Part shown: one piece after another, positions 51,992 to 61,029 of the stretch
Layout: every line of letters begins with the position of its first letter
How positions within the stretch are numbered: position 1 is the stretch's first letter
Assembly: GCA_963729895.1 (NCBI GenBank)
Contig: CAVSQB010000010.1
Coordinates: 40,599-104,598, forward strand
Reading direction: 5' to 3'
DNA length: 64,000 nt
Source: an uncultured Fibrobacterota bacterium
Lineage (GTDB): Bacteria > Fibrobacterota > Chitinivibrionia > Chitinivibrionales > FEN-1185
Translations under genes and position numbers: made by a program
The notes under the pieces: generated by a model
What the model saw: only the letters and a program-made list of their open reading frames with translations
What the model was told of the DNA's origin: nothing
Databases searched by the model: none

Positions 51992-54298
51992 TTATGATTC
52001 CGTTGGTTGAATGGTATTTTCCGCGAGCCGCAGTTCCATAAGCGACTGGAGAAAAGCAAGCGTTGATTCCGCGCCCTGGTTCTCGTTCGGGCGGTCGGGA
52101 TGCAAACCGTCTCTGCAGCCCCCCGTTGTCGGATCGTAGATGGGGATGTTCAGATCGTTGCGCCCGAGGAACCATTCAAGCGCCCGCCGCGCTTCCTTGT
52201 GCCAGCGCCCGTCTCCCGAAATTTTGTATGCTTCGAGACAGGCGGAGACCATGGCCTGCGCTTCAACAGGTTGTTGGTCGAAGCGCGCACGTTCCCCGCC
52301 CTTTTTGTAAAAACCATTGGATCCTATGGGAACAAAATGGCCGCCCTCAGGGTCCGAGTGCTGCAGATTCGCCAGCCAATCGAGCGATTCGAATCCTGCC
52401 GCCATCATTTCGGCGTTCGGAATCCATTTGCCCGACATGACCAGGGCGTGCGGAAGCGCGGCGTTACAATAGGTCAGTTTGTCCTCGAACCAGCGCCATT
52501 CATCGGTACGATTGCTCTTATACATTGTCAAAAGCCGGTTTGCCAATTCCTCGCGCACCTGGTTGGCCTTGCGGTCGCCTGCAAAACGCCGGAGGTATTC
52601 GTGCGTTCCGATGAGCGCGAACGCCCATGCGCGCGGGCTGGTAGTTGTCAATATGGCGGGCAAGGCCTGCTCGAACATCCAGCCTGCCATGTTGTGAAGG
52701 GCGGACGACGTGGATCGGCCCAATACGGTGCCCAGCGACCATAATGTCCGGCCGTGGCTGTCGTCCGAAATGCTGTCTTCCTGCCAGTGGCGCTGGTAAT
52801 CCATGGCATTACGGAAACGTCCTGTTGCGGTATCGAACGCGAACCAGACAAAGGCGAGATAGCGCGACGAAAGATCGAACGCCACGCCGCTGCCCGCCTC
52901 TTCCAGAAGCGCGCTCACCATGAGGGCGCGGGCATTGTCGTCCGTGGTGTAGCCTTCGCGGTAATTGGGTACCGTGAACACGGAATGCTGCAGCATGCCG
53001 GTCTCATCGGTCATGTGGCGCAAATGGTCAAGCTTGAGCGGGGGCAGCTCGCCGGAGCTTTTGTCAAGAGCCTTTGCGGTGAAACCGCGAGGGGCGAAGT
53101 TCCTGCGTTCGCCCCGGGCGCGCTCGAAACTTTCCTTGTACCGCTCCACCACCCGCTGCCAGATCATGGACCGGCCGAACAGGTATGCCCGCTTGCGCAT
53201 TGCGTGGCGCTTCGCCTCGTTGTCGATCAGGTCGTTCACCTGTGCGGCGATCGCGGCGGGGTCGCGAAAGGGCACCAGCACGCCGCGTTCGTCGGCCAGC
53301 ATTTCCTCCGCGTACCAGTACAGCGTGGAAATAACCGCCTTGCCAGCGCCAAGAGTGTAGGCCAGGGTGCCGGAGGTTATCTGCGTGGCGTTGAGGTAGG
53401 GAGTTATGTACATATCGGCGGCGCTGATGAATTCGATGAGTTCTTCCAGGCTCACGAACCGGTTGTAAAATATCACCTGGCCTTCCACGCCTTTTTCCTG
53501 GGCCAGCCATTGCAGGGACAACCGGTACGATTCGCCTTCGTGAAGCAGGACATGCGGATGCGTGGCGCCCACAATGATGTACACAACGTTCGGATGCTTT
53601 GCATGAATGGCGGGCAGGGCGCTTATAACGTTCTCGATCCCCTTATCGGCGGACAGGAGGCCAAAGCTGAGCAGGACGATCTTGCCCTCAACGCCGAACA
53701 GATCCTTATGAAAGCTGGAATCAACGAATGGAACGTCCGGGATGCCATGCGGGATGAGGTCTATTTTGTCAATAGACACTCCGTATATCTCCTGCAGAAA
53801 ATGCACGCCGCGTTCGCTCATGACAACCAGCCGGTCCGAAAGCGCGGCGATCTCTTTGAGCACCCGCAGCTGGTGCGGATCGGGGTCTTTGAGGATGGTA
53901 TGCAACGTGGTGACGATCGGCATGCGCAGTTCTTTCAACAGCGCAAGGATGTGGCTGCCTGCCCGTCCTCCAAAAATCCCGTATTCGTGCTGCAGACACA
54001 CGAGGTCCACATTGTTGATATTCAGAAAGTCCGCCGCTCGATGGTAGGAACGAATGTCTTTTTCGGTAAGCTCAAAGCGAACCCGCGGCGGATATGCGTA
54101 GCCTGCCTCGTTGTCGTTGACAGGCAATGCAATGCACGACGTCTCCGCATAAGCCGAAGCGAATGCTTCGCACAAATCGGTGGTGAATGTGGCAATGCCG
54201 CATTGGCGCGGCAGGTAATTGCCGACAAACGCTATGCGCTTGATCTCGCTTTTCGGCGCCGCGTCTTGGGCGGGGATCATTCCTTTGTCATCAGTCAA
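51992..54298 (-). CDS. GT4 glycosyltransferase fused to a C-terminal helical glycosidase-like domain
   Basis: PRQCGIATF, QHEYGIFGG, TSGTL; C-terminal YTTDDNARAL, FDQQPVE and NQGAEST motifs. Confidence 0.9.
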   Translation of the reverse strand: MTDDKGMIPAQDAAPKSEIKRIAFVGNYLPRQCGIATFTTDLCEAFASAYAETSCIALPVNDNEAGYAYPPRVRFELTEKDIRSYHRAADFLNINNVDLVCLQHEYGIFGGRAGSHILALLKELRMPIVTTLHTILKDPDPHQLRVLKEIAALSDRLVVMSERGVHFLQEIYGVSIDKIDLIPHGIPDVPFVDSSFHKDLFGVEGKIVLLSFGLLSADKGIENVISALPAIHAKHPNVVYIIVGATHPHVLLHEGESYRLSLQWLAQEKGVEGQVIFYNRFVSLEELIEFISAADMYITPYLNATQITSGTLAYTLGAGKAVISTLYWYAEEMLADERGVLVPFRDPAAIAAQVNDLIDNEAKRHAMRKRAYLFGRSMIWQRVVERYKESFERARGERRNFAPRGFTAKALDKSSGELPPLKLDHLRHMTDETGMLQHSVFTVPNYREGYTTDDNARALMVSALLEEAGSGVAFDLSSRYLAFVWFAFDTATGRFRNAMDYQRHWQEDSISDDSHGRTLWSLGTVLGRSTSSALHNMAGWMFEQALPAILTTTSPRAWAFALIGTHEYLRRFAGDRKANQVREELANRLLTMYKSNRTDEWRWFEDKLTYCNAALPHALVMSGKWIPNAEMMAAGFESLDWLANLQHSDPEGGHFVPIGSNGFYKKGGERARFDQQPVEAQAMVSACLEAYKISGDGRWHKEARRALEWFLGRNDLNIPIYDPTTGGCRDGLHPDRPNENQGAESTLAFLQSLMELRLAENTIQPTES

Positions 54299-54430
54299 TG
54301 CTCGCTCCAGTCAATTCGGTTAACCTCGATGGGCCGTTAGTTGAGGGAAGCAAGCTTCGGGGAATGCGCAGGGCTTTCATGGAGAACCAAGAGGGTTAAT
54401 GTCGATGTAGAAAGTCTCAAAGAAAATATA

Positions 54431-54685
54431 TTACGGCTGTTTACCCGGATTTGCCGGACTTTCTTTTTGTTGAACCCACTCATTGATCAATGAGTTGATC
54501 TGCACTGCATCATAATCCCGTTTCAGCGCGTACACGGCAACGGCGATGGTCATTTCCGGCGGAAGTACGCAGTTTTTTGACAACTCCTTGATATCTTCCC
54601 AGGTTCCCAGGTACGCCAGAATCCTCGTGGTAGGCCTTACTCCTGTCAGCTCAGACACTTGAGCCTCCTTTGTGAGCGACGGCAT
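54431..54685 (-). CDS. Hypothetical protein
   Basis: Short ORF with GAGGG upstream of MPSLTKE. Confidence 0.45.
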   Translation of the reverse strand: MPSLTKEAQVSELTGVRPTTRILAYLGTWEDIKELSKNCVLPPEMTIAVAVYALKRDYDAVQINSLINEWVQQKESPANPGKQP

Positions 54686-54804
54686 AATCCCTCGTCTCCC
54701 CATCAACTACCGATGCCAGGAAATATACGACCCCTTTCGTTACCGGCCGGATGATTTAAGGTTACTTTTTCGTTAGGAAAAAGAGGGAATTGTGTCTCTT
54801 CGAA

Positions 54805-54837
54805 TTGAAGAACGTCGCGGCAAGCTGCGAGGAATCC
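54805..54837. repeat. REP-like palindrome
   Basis: TTGAAGAACGTCGCGGCAAGCTGCGAGGAATCC. Confidence 0.5.
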
Positions 54838-54984
54838 GGGAAAGCAGTGAGACGCTTGACCCGCACAAGGTAGTGCTTGCTTCCGCAGGCGGACAAATGT
54901 GATTTTGAAAGGGCCCGAACCGGGCAAACGCTACGAAAAGAACGGGAATGACGGCTGCATCAAAGTCCAGGAAAGGAACAGGCA

Positions 54985-55407
54985 ATGGAAACAAATCAAT
55001 GGAAAGAACAAGCTAAAACAGACCTGCACATGGATTTACAAAAGCCAATTGAAAGTTTGCTTCAGGATGTTTATGAACAACAGGCAAAATTACAAGATCA
55101 TGGGAATAAGATCAATCATAACCAAATATCCCAGCATATACCCGAAGAAATTCGGGCAATCATTGAAACAAAGACTGCTTGCATAAAGTACAGATTATTC
55201 AAAAAGGACGACAAAAGGGCCAAGTTGCTTATCAGACTTACCTACAAACTCATGTTCTTGACAATTGCTCTATTAGTTGTAGCCATTGCGTCGATCTTCA
55301 CCGCCTTTTCCAAACCGAATCACCCAATCAACAACCGCATATACAACATAAATAACAATACCCAGCCGGATTCCGAGGAAACCAATTCGGAAGGAAATTA
55401 CCAGTAA
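54985..55407 (+). CDS. Hypothetical single-TM protein (AT-rich)
   Basis: AAAGGA RBS; one hydrophobic segment. Confidence 0.55.
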   Translation: METNQWKEQAKTDLHMDLQKPIESLLQDVYEQQAKLQDHGNKINHNQISQHIPEEIRAIIETKTACIKYRLFKKDDKRAKLLIRLTYKLMFLTIALLVVAIASIFTAFSKPNHPINNRIYNINNNTQPDSEETNSEGNYQ

Positions 55408-55466
55408 AGGGGCTGCCTGCAGCAGACACGCCAGGCAGGCTTGACAATTGATGGAAGAGGCAATTT

Positions 55467-55610
55467 ATGAAAAGAATGCTCGTCTACCTATCAGTGGTCA
55501 TCATCGCATGCATGTTAGTCGTTGGATGTCAGAAGAAGGTGACAAAGACGCCGGAACCTGTTCAGAAGACAACTCCTGTGAAAGGCCCCGGAGCACCGCC
55601 AAGATTTTAA
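55467..55610 (+). CDS. 47-aa lipoprotein (not in the ORF track)
   Basis: MKRMLVYLSVVIIACMLVVGCQKKVTKTPEPVQKTTPVKGPGAPPRF; lipobox-like VVGC; AGAGG RBS. Confidence 0.7.
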   Translation: MKRMLVYLSVVIIACMLVVGCQKKVTKTPEPVQKTTPVKGPGAPPRF

Positions 55611-55855
55611 CCATCGACACAATTGGGCGCTGCCCCGGCTGGAACGGAAAGGAAAGTAAGCGGATGCTCGTTAAAGTCGCCTCGCCAGGAAACGGTATCT
55701 CCAACGTTGACCGAGATTTCTGACGGGCTGTACCCGGGTTTGAAATTGCCGCCGAAATAGATGATATGGGTTGCGGCACTGGTGTTAGAAACAAGGGTGA
55801 GACCAAAAATTGCCGGTAACAGCCAACGAACGGCCTTTGCGATTAGAACAGACAT
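55607..55855 (-). pseudogene. Truncated plastocyanin/cupredoxin-like secreted protein
   Basis: AAAGGAGG RBS; signal peptide; YSPSEISVNVGDTVSW...HPL; the C-terminal Cys/His/Met ligand loop is missing. Confidence 0.65.
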
Positions 55856-56392
55856 ACGCCCTCCTTTGTTATTCCCTGGACCTCAGCTGTGAAAGAACGG
55901 ATACGATTTGCAAGTAGATTTTTCGGTCACCGGAGCGCCGCGTCCCGCTCTTCCATTGACAAAATCCTCGTATATAGTACATTGCAAAGTACATACCAGC
56001 TGCTTTTCATAGGGAAGCGCGAGTGGAAGAAAACAGGTTTTGACACATTTCTGTATTTTGAAGGTTTGAAAGTACAAAGTTGTACGATTGATGGAATAGG
56101 GAAAATCGGATTCTAAGAACATTACAATTTGGGACCATGTATCACCTGATTCCGTGCGATGCCTCTACCGAAAAGGAATTGCTGTCATTGACATGTGCCA
56201 AGAAGGCCGATAGATGAGCTCGCGCTCGAACTCCCCCCGGATATCTTTTCCGACCAGCAGTCTTTCGTTCTCCCCCTTTCTTGCCCAAAAGCAGTACCCT
56301 TTCCTTAGAACTGAGTCCAATCCAACCTTACGACTCGTGCAAGAACGATCTGGATGCGAGAGCAGGTCGTGGGCTCGGCCATATATATATTT

Positions 56393-57293
56393 GGTGATTA
56401 TAAAACATCTTGCACAGGAATTATCTTGTGCATATGGGCTTTAGTCAATTAGAAACCTTTGAATTCATAGGGAAAACTGAAAACAGGGCAAAATTGTTCC
56501 TCAGAAAGTTCTGTTGGAAAAATGGCCATGTTTTCTGCATCAATTGTAACAGCCATAAAATCTATCGTTTAAAAGGTAAAAAGTTCAGGTGCAAACGATG
56601 CGGAAATACCTTTCATGACTTCTCGAATCGGTGGATTGGTCAGTGCCGCGTCCCTCTGAAAAAGCTGCTGTGGATCATTAAGCTCTTTGAACTGGAAGTC
56701 TCAGCACGCAGGATAGCAACTCAGATCGGTTTGAGCTATCCCACGGTCTTGCGGATGTGTAATCTCATCCGAAGGGCCTTGATGGTCGCTGAAAGCGATT
56801 TCTGGCTCTCTGGAGAGGTTGAGCTCGATGAATCCTACTTCGGCGGCAGGCGTAAAGGTAAACGTGGCCGGGGTGCTGCCGGAAAGGTTCCCGTCTTTGG
56901 TATCCTGGAGAGACACGGAAAAGTGAAGGTGACAGTAGTAAAAAACGTCACTGCCGAAAGCCTGTTGACTGAGACTGTGAAAATGGTCAGACGAGGCTCC
57001 ATCATTTACACTGACAAATTCCGCGGCTATGACGCCCTGATGTTCTGCGGTTATCGGCATTTGAGAGTCGACCATGGGAAAAGATTTGCCACAGGCAAAG
57101 TTTATATTAACGGTTTGGAAGGCTTCTGGAGCTATGCTAAGGAACGTCTTGCAAAGTTCCATGGAGTCTCCAAAGAATACTTTCCAGGGTATCTGAACGA
57201 AATGGCTTTTCGGTACAATCATCGTCATGAAAATTTCTTTGAAAAACTTGTCAAAATGATCACTAATTTGGTGCAAGATCCTTTATAATTACC
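56393..57293 (+). mobile_element. IS1595-family insertion sequence, 901 bp
   Basis: IRs GGTGATTATAAAACATCTTGCAC / GGTAATTATAAAGGATCTTGCAC; 8-bp direct repeat ATATATTT. Confidence 0.95.
56434..57288 (+). CDS. IS1595-family transposase
   Basis: Zn finger CINC...CKRC; EVELDESYFGG, YTD and INGLEGFWS motifs. Confidence 0.93.
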   Translation: MGFSQLETFEFIGKTENRAKLFLRKFCWKNGHVFCINCNSHKIYRLKGKKFRCKRCGNTFHDFSNRWIGQCRVPLKKLLWIIKLFELEVSARRIATQIGLSYPTVLRMCNLIRRALMVAESDFWLSGEVELDESYFGGRRKGKRGRGAAGKVPVFGILERHGKVKVTVVKNVTAESLLTETVKMVRRGSIIYTDKFRGYDALMFCGYRHLRVDHGKRFATGKVYINGLEGFWSYAKERLAKFHGVSKEYFPGYLNEMAFRYNHRHENFFEKLVKMITNLVQDPL

Positions 57294-57307
57294 ATATATT
57301 TTCATGC

Positions 57308-57745
57308 ATGAACCAGGGAAATCCGCCTGTAACTTTTGCTCCTGAAGCCACTGTCACATTTCGCGAAAGCGAAGTGCCTTTTGACAAAATGGTCGAATCC
57401 TGGCTTTCCGATAACCCCAAATACCATGTAGTATCAAAGGACGTAACGTCACGGTTGGTCACTTTTAGAAATTCAGGCAGCCGCGACACCGGCACCAGTC
57501 CGAGCCCCGAGTTATTGGAGGCCGTCGCCGGGAACATGCTTACATGCCCAAAATGCAAACGTCGCATAAGAACAGCGGAAAACTACAAGGCAAAATTCAT
57601 CGATATCGTTCAGGCTGGGGGACAAACAGTGAGGCAGTTCCTGGGCGATGAAGTAACCTTGGTTTGCTACAAGTGTGGTTCCGAGACTAGAGTTGACAAT
57701 TGGAAGGCCTTTCTAACGTCCCAAAGACTATTCGAGGCGGCTTGA
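57308..57745 (+). CDS. Hypothetical Zn-ribbon protein
   Basis: CPKC...CYKC; its stop overlaps the kinase start (TGATG). Confidence 0.6.
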   Translation: MNQGNPPVTFAPEATVTFRESEVPFDKMVESWLSDNPKYHVVSKDVTSRLVTFRNSGSRDTGTSPSPELLEAVAGNMLTCPKCKRRIRTAENYKAKFIDIVQAGGQTVRQFLGDEVTLVCYKCGSETRVDNWKAFLTSQRLFEAA

Positions 57746-60531
57746 TGAAATCACCAAAGAAGAAATCCTCCAGAAGAGTACCGGCTCCTCCGAAAGCGCT
57801 GCCCAAAATCAAGAAACTCGAACTCAAACTGGCGGCCAAGGAACGCGAGCTGCAGGCCCGCAACGAAGAACTCGCTGCCTTCAACGAAGAGATCCAAACC
57901 ACAAATGAGGAGCTGCGCGTAACCAACGAAGAGCTGCGCACAACCAACGAGGAACTCATCTCAACCGGCGACGAGCTCAAAGCGGCCAACAACCATCTCA
58001 ACACAGCGCTGGAGGAACTGGAATCCGTCAGCGATATCCCGGCCTTGTTCTTGGACGACAAAATGCGCATTGCCAACTTTACGCCTGCCATGAACCGGCT
58101 TGTTAAGCTTACAAAAAGCGACATTAACAGACAGGTTGACCAGTTCTCCGATGTCCGCCTGGGCAAAGACCTAGTCTCGGACGCGAAAAAGGTCCTTGCC
58201 ACCTCCACCCTGCTTTCCACGGAGGTCCAGTGCGGGGGAACCTGGTATTTGCGGTTTATGTTCCCGCGGCGCTCGGAAGGAGCCAAGGCATCGGGCGTGA
58301 CCGTTTCGTTTACCGACATTACCGAGCGCAAACGGATGGAAGCTGAAATCAGGATGCTGGCCAAGCTACCGTCGGAAAACCCCAACCCTACCCTGCGCGT
58401 AAGCAAAGACGGCGAGGCGCTGTACGCCAATGAGGCAAGCGCACCACTTATGAAGATGTGGGGCTGCGCCGTCGGCTGCGAGATTCCACAACCCTTGCGT
58501 CAGGAGATTGCGGATGCATTCGCAACCGAAACCCAGGGAACAATTCAGATCGAATGCGAAAAGAGGTTCTACTCTTTTGTCGCTGTCCCTATTGCGGAGG
58601 CGGGTTACGTCAACCTCTACGGACGCGACATAACGGTCCGGATGATAGCCGAGGAAGCGTTGCGCAAAAGCCAGCGTCAAAATGAGTTTTTGGCAAGCGT
58701 CATTGAATCTTCGTCTCAGCCGTTTGCCGTTGGGTATCCCGACGGCCGACTGGGGCTATGCAATAAGGCATTTGAACAACTTACGGGGTACACTGCCGCC
58801 GAACTGCGATTGATTGACTGGGCAAGAAATCTCACCCCTCCCCAATGGGCCGACTTTGAGAGAAAGAAACTTGAAGAATTGCACGCAACCGGGCTACCCG
58901 TACGCTATGAAAAAGAATATGTGAGGAAAAACGGGACCAGGGTGCCCATCGAACTGCTTGTGCACCTCGTGAAGGATCCGGAAGGGAAGCCCCGGCACTA
59001 CACTTCCTTTCTTACCGACATTACCGAACGCAAGCTTGCCGAAGCGGCCCTACGGGCCAGCGAGGAGCGGTTCCGCACCACTATTGACACGATGCTGGAG
59101 GGCTGCCAGATCATCGGTCGCGACTGGAAATATGTGTATGTCAACGAAGCGGCCGAGCGGCACAACCGGCGGCCCTCTTCCGAACTTATCGGCAACCGCT
59201 ACATGGATATGTGGCCCGGCATCGAATCCACGCAGGTGTTTGAGGTCATCAAACGGTGCATTGAGGAACGGACGCCCGAAACATTTGAGAATGAGTTCGC
59301 CTTTCCGGACGGAGCCATAGGCTGGTTCGACTTGAGCATACAGCCGGTGCCGGAGGGCGTTTTCATTCTCTCCGTGGACATTACAGAACGTAAACGCACT
59401 GAGGAGGCGTTGCGTCTTTCCGAAGAGAGATACCGATTCCTTTTTAATTCCCTCATCGAAGGATTCTGCATTGTCGAAATGGTTTTCGATGATGCAGGCA
59501 AGCCTGTGGATTACCGTTTCCTTGAAGTCAATGAGGCGTTTGAAGAACAGACTGGCTTACATGAAGCGCAAGGAAAACTGATGCGCGACCTGGCTCCCAA
59601 TCACGAAGAGCATTGGTTCCAAATCTACGGCCAAATCGCAATGACGGGCAAACCGGCAAAATTTGTAAATGAAGCAAGAGCCTTAAACCGGTGGTATGAC
59701 GTTAACGCGTTCCGCGTAGGCGGTGACGGAAGCAGGAAGGTCGCTATTTGCTTCAGCGACATTACCGAGCGCAAGAGGGCAGAAGAAAGGATCAGGAAGG
59801 AAACAGAGCTGCGTGAGGAATTGGCCCAGGAGCTTCCTCGTTCCAACGACGATCTCCAACAATTCGCGAATATCGTAAGCCACGATCTTCTGGAGCCATT
59901 ACGCGCTGTATCCGGTTTTATCGACCTGATCAAGCGTCACCTTGGCGAAGCCCTTGATGCGAAAACTATCGGGTATATGAAATACGTCACGGATGGCGTT
60001 TCCCGTATGAACGCGCTTATAACCGGGCTCTTGGAATACTCACGGATCGGCACACGCGGAAAAATGCCGCACCGCATCAATGTCAAGGAAGCGCTTGATC
60101 GAGCGCTTCTCAATCTTCAAAAGAGTGTGGAAGAATCCGGAACAACGGTAACGTCGTCCACTTTACCGACGGTCATGATGGATCCGCTCCAACTGGAACA
60201 GCTCTTGCAAAATCTCATTGGTAATGCAATCAAGTTCCGCGCCCGGGAAAGACAGGCGGTAATCACGGTGAGCGCTGAACGCGGCGACGGTGAGTGGATA
60301 CTTGCAGTACGCGACAACGGCATCGGCATTGGTCCACAGTTCAAAGAACGCATTTTCTTGATATTCCAGCGCCTGCACACAGAGTCCGAATATCCAGGCA
60401 TGGGTGTCGGCCTTGCTCTTTCCAAGAAGATCGTGGAACGGCATGGGGGAAAAATATGGGTGGAATCAAAACCAGGAGAAGGTGCCACGTTCTTCTTCAC
60501 CATTCCCGATAAAGGAGAAATTCGGCGATGA
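57745..60531 (+). CDS. Multi-PAS sensor histidine kinase
   Basis: NEEL coiled coil; repeated DITERK PAS/PAC linkers; SHDL.EPLR H-box, NLIGNAIKF, DNGIG and GxG boxes. Confidence 0.93.
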   Translation: MKSPKKKSSRRVPAPPKALPKIKKLELKLAAKERELQARNEELAAFNEEIQTTNEELRVTNEELRTTNEELISTGDELKAANNHLNTALEELESVSDIPALFLDDKMRIANFTPAMNRLVKLTKSDINRQVDQFSDVRLGKDLVSDAKKVLATSTLLSTEVQCGGTWYLRFMFPRRSEGAKASGVTVSFTDITERKRMEAEIRMLAKLPSENPNPTLRVSKDGEALYANEASAPLMKMWGCAVGCEIPQPLRQEIADAFATETQGTIQIECEKRFYSFVAVPIAEAGYVNLYGRDITVRMIAEEALRKSQRQNEFLASVIESSSQPFAVGYPDGRLGLCNKAFEQLTGYTAAELRLIDWARNLTPPQWADFERKKLEELHATGLPVRYEKEYVRKNGTRVPIELLVHLVKDPEGKPRHYTSFLTDITERKLAEAALRASEERFRTTIDTMLEGCQIIGRDWKYVYVNEAAERHNRRPSSELIGNRYMDMWPGIESTQVFEVIKRCIEERTPETFENEFAFPDGAIGWFDLSIQPVPEGVFILSVDITERKRTEEALRLSEERYRFLFNSLIEGFCIVEMVFDDAGKPVDYRFLEVNEAFEEQTGLHEAQGKLMRDLAPNHEEHWFQIYGQIAMTGKPAKFVNEARALNRWYDVNAFRVGGDGSRKVAICFSDITERKRAEERIRKETELREELAQELPRSNDDLQQFANIVSHDLLEPLRAVSGFIDLIKRHLGEALDAKTIGYMKYVTDGVSRMNALITGLLEYSRIGTRGKMPHRINVKEALDRALLNLQKSVEESGTTVTSSTLPTVMMDPLQLEQLLQNLIGNAIKFRARERQAVITVSAERGDGEWILAVRDNGIGIGPQFKERIFLIFQRLHTESEYPGMGVGLALSKKIVERHGGKIWVESKPGEGATFFFTIPDKGEIRR

Positions 60532-60974
60532 TTTTGGACGGCATGCGATCCATTGAAATTCTTTTGGTGGAAGACAGCCCGAGCGATGCGGCACTAGCGA
60601 TAGAAGCATTTGAAAATGCAAAAGTGGCCAACCGTATTGTTCTTGTAGAAGACGGCATTGAGGCATTGGTGTACTTGAGAGGTCAGGGGAAATATGCCGG
60701 CGAACCAAGACCCGACATCATTTTGCTCGACCTCAACTTGCCCAGGAAAAATGGTCGTGAAGTATTGAAAGATCTCAAAGCCGACCCTGCTCTCCAGACG
60801 ATTCCGGTAATCGTGCTCACTACGTCGAACAGGGATAAGGACATCCAAGAGGCATACGAGTTGCACGCAAATTGCTTTATTGTTAAGCCCGTAGATTTTA
60901 CCAAATTCATCGACGTCGTGAAATCCCTGGAAGATTTCTGGCTGACGGTAGTGACCTTGCCAAGAAAGACATGA
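60528..60974 (+). CDS. Single-domain response regulator (Rcp1-like)
   Basis: ILLVED, LLDLNLP, LTTS, KP and DFWL motifs. Confidence 0.93.
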   Translation: MILDGMRSIEILLVEDSPSDAALAIEAFENAKVANRIVLVEDGIEALVYLRGQGKYAGEPRPDIILLDLNLPRKNGREVLKDLKADPALQTIPVIVLTTSNRDKDIQEAYELHANCFIVKPVDFTKFIDVVKSLEDFWLTVVTLPRKT

Positions 60975-61029
60975 ACTTCCCATCACGTCATTTTGTGCGG
61001 GTTTGCGTCCTATTTTATATTCAATTCAA

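Noticed and set aside
56120..56392. Gene interrupted by IS1595
   Set aside because: Rejoining the empty site gave no convincing reading frame.
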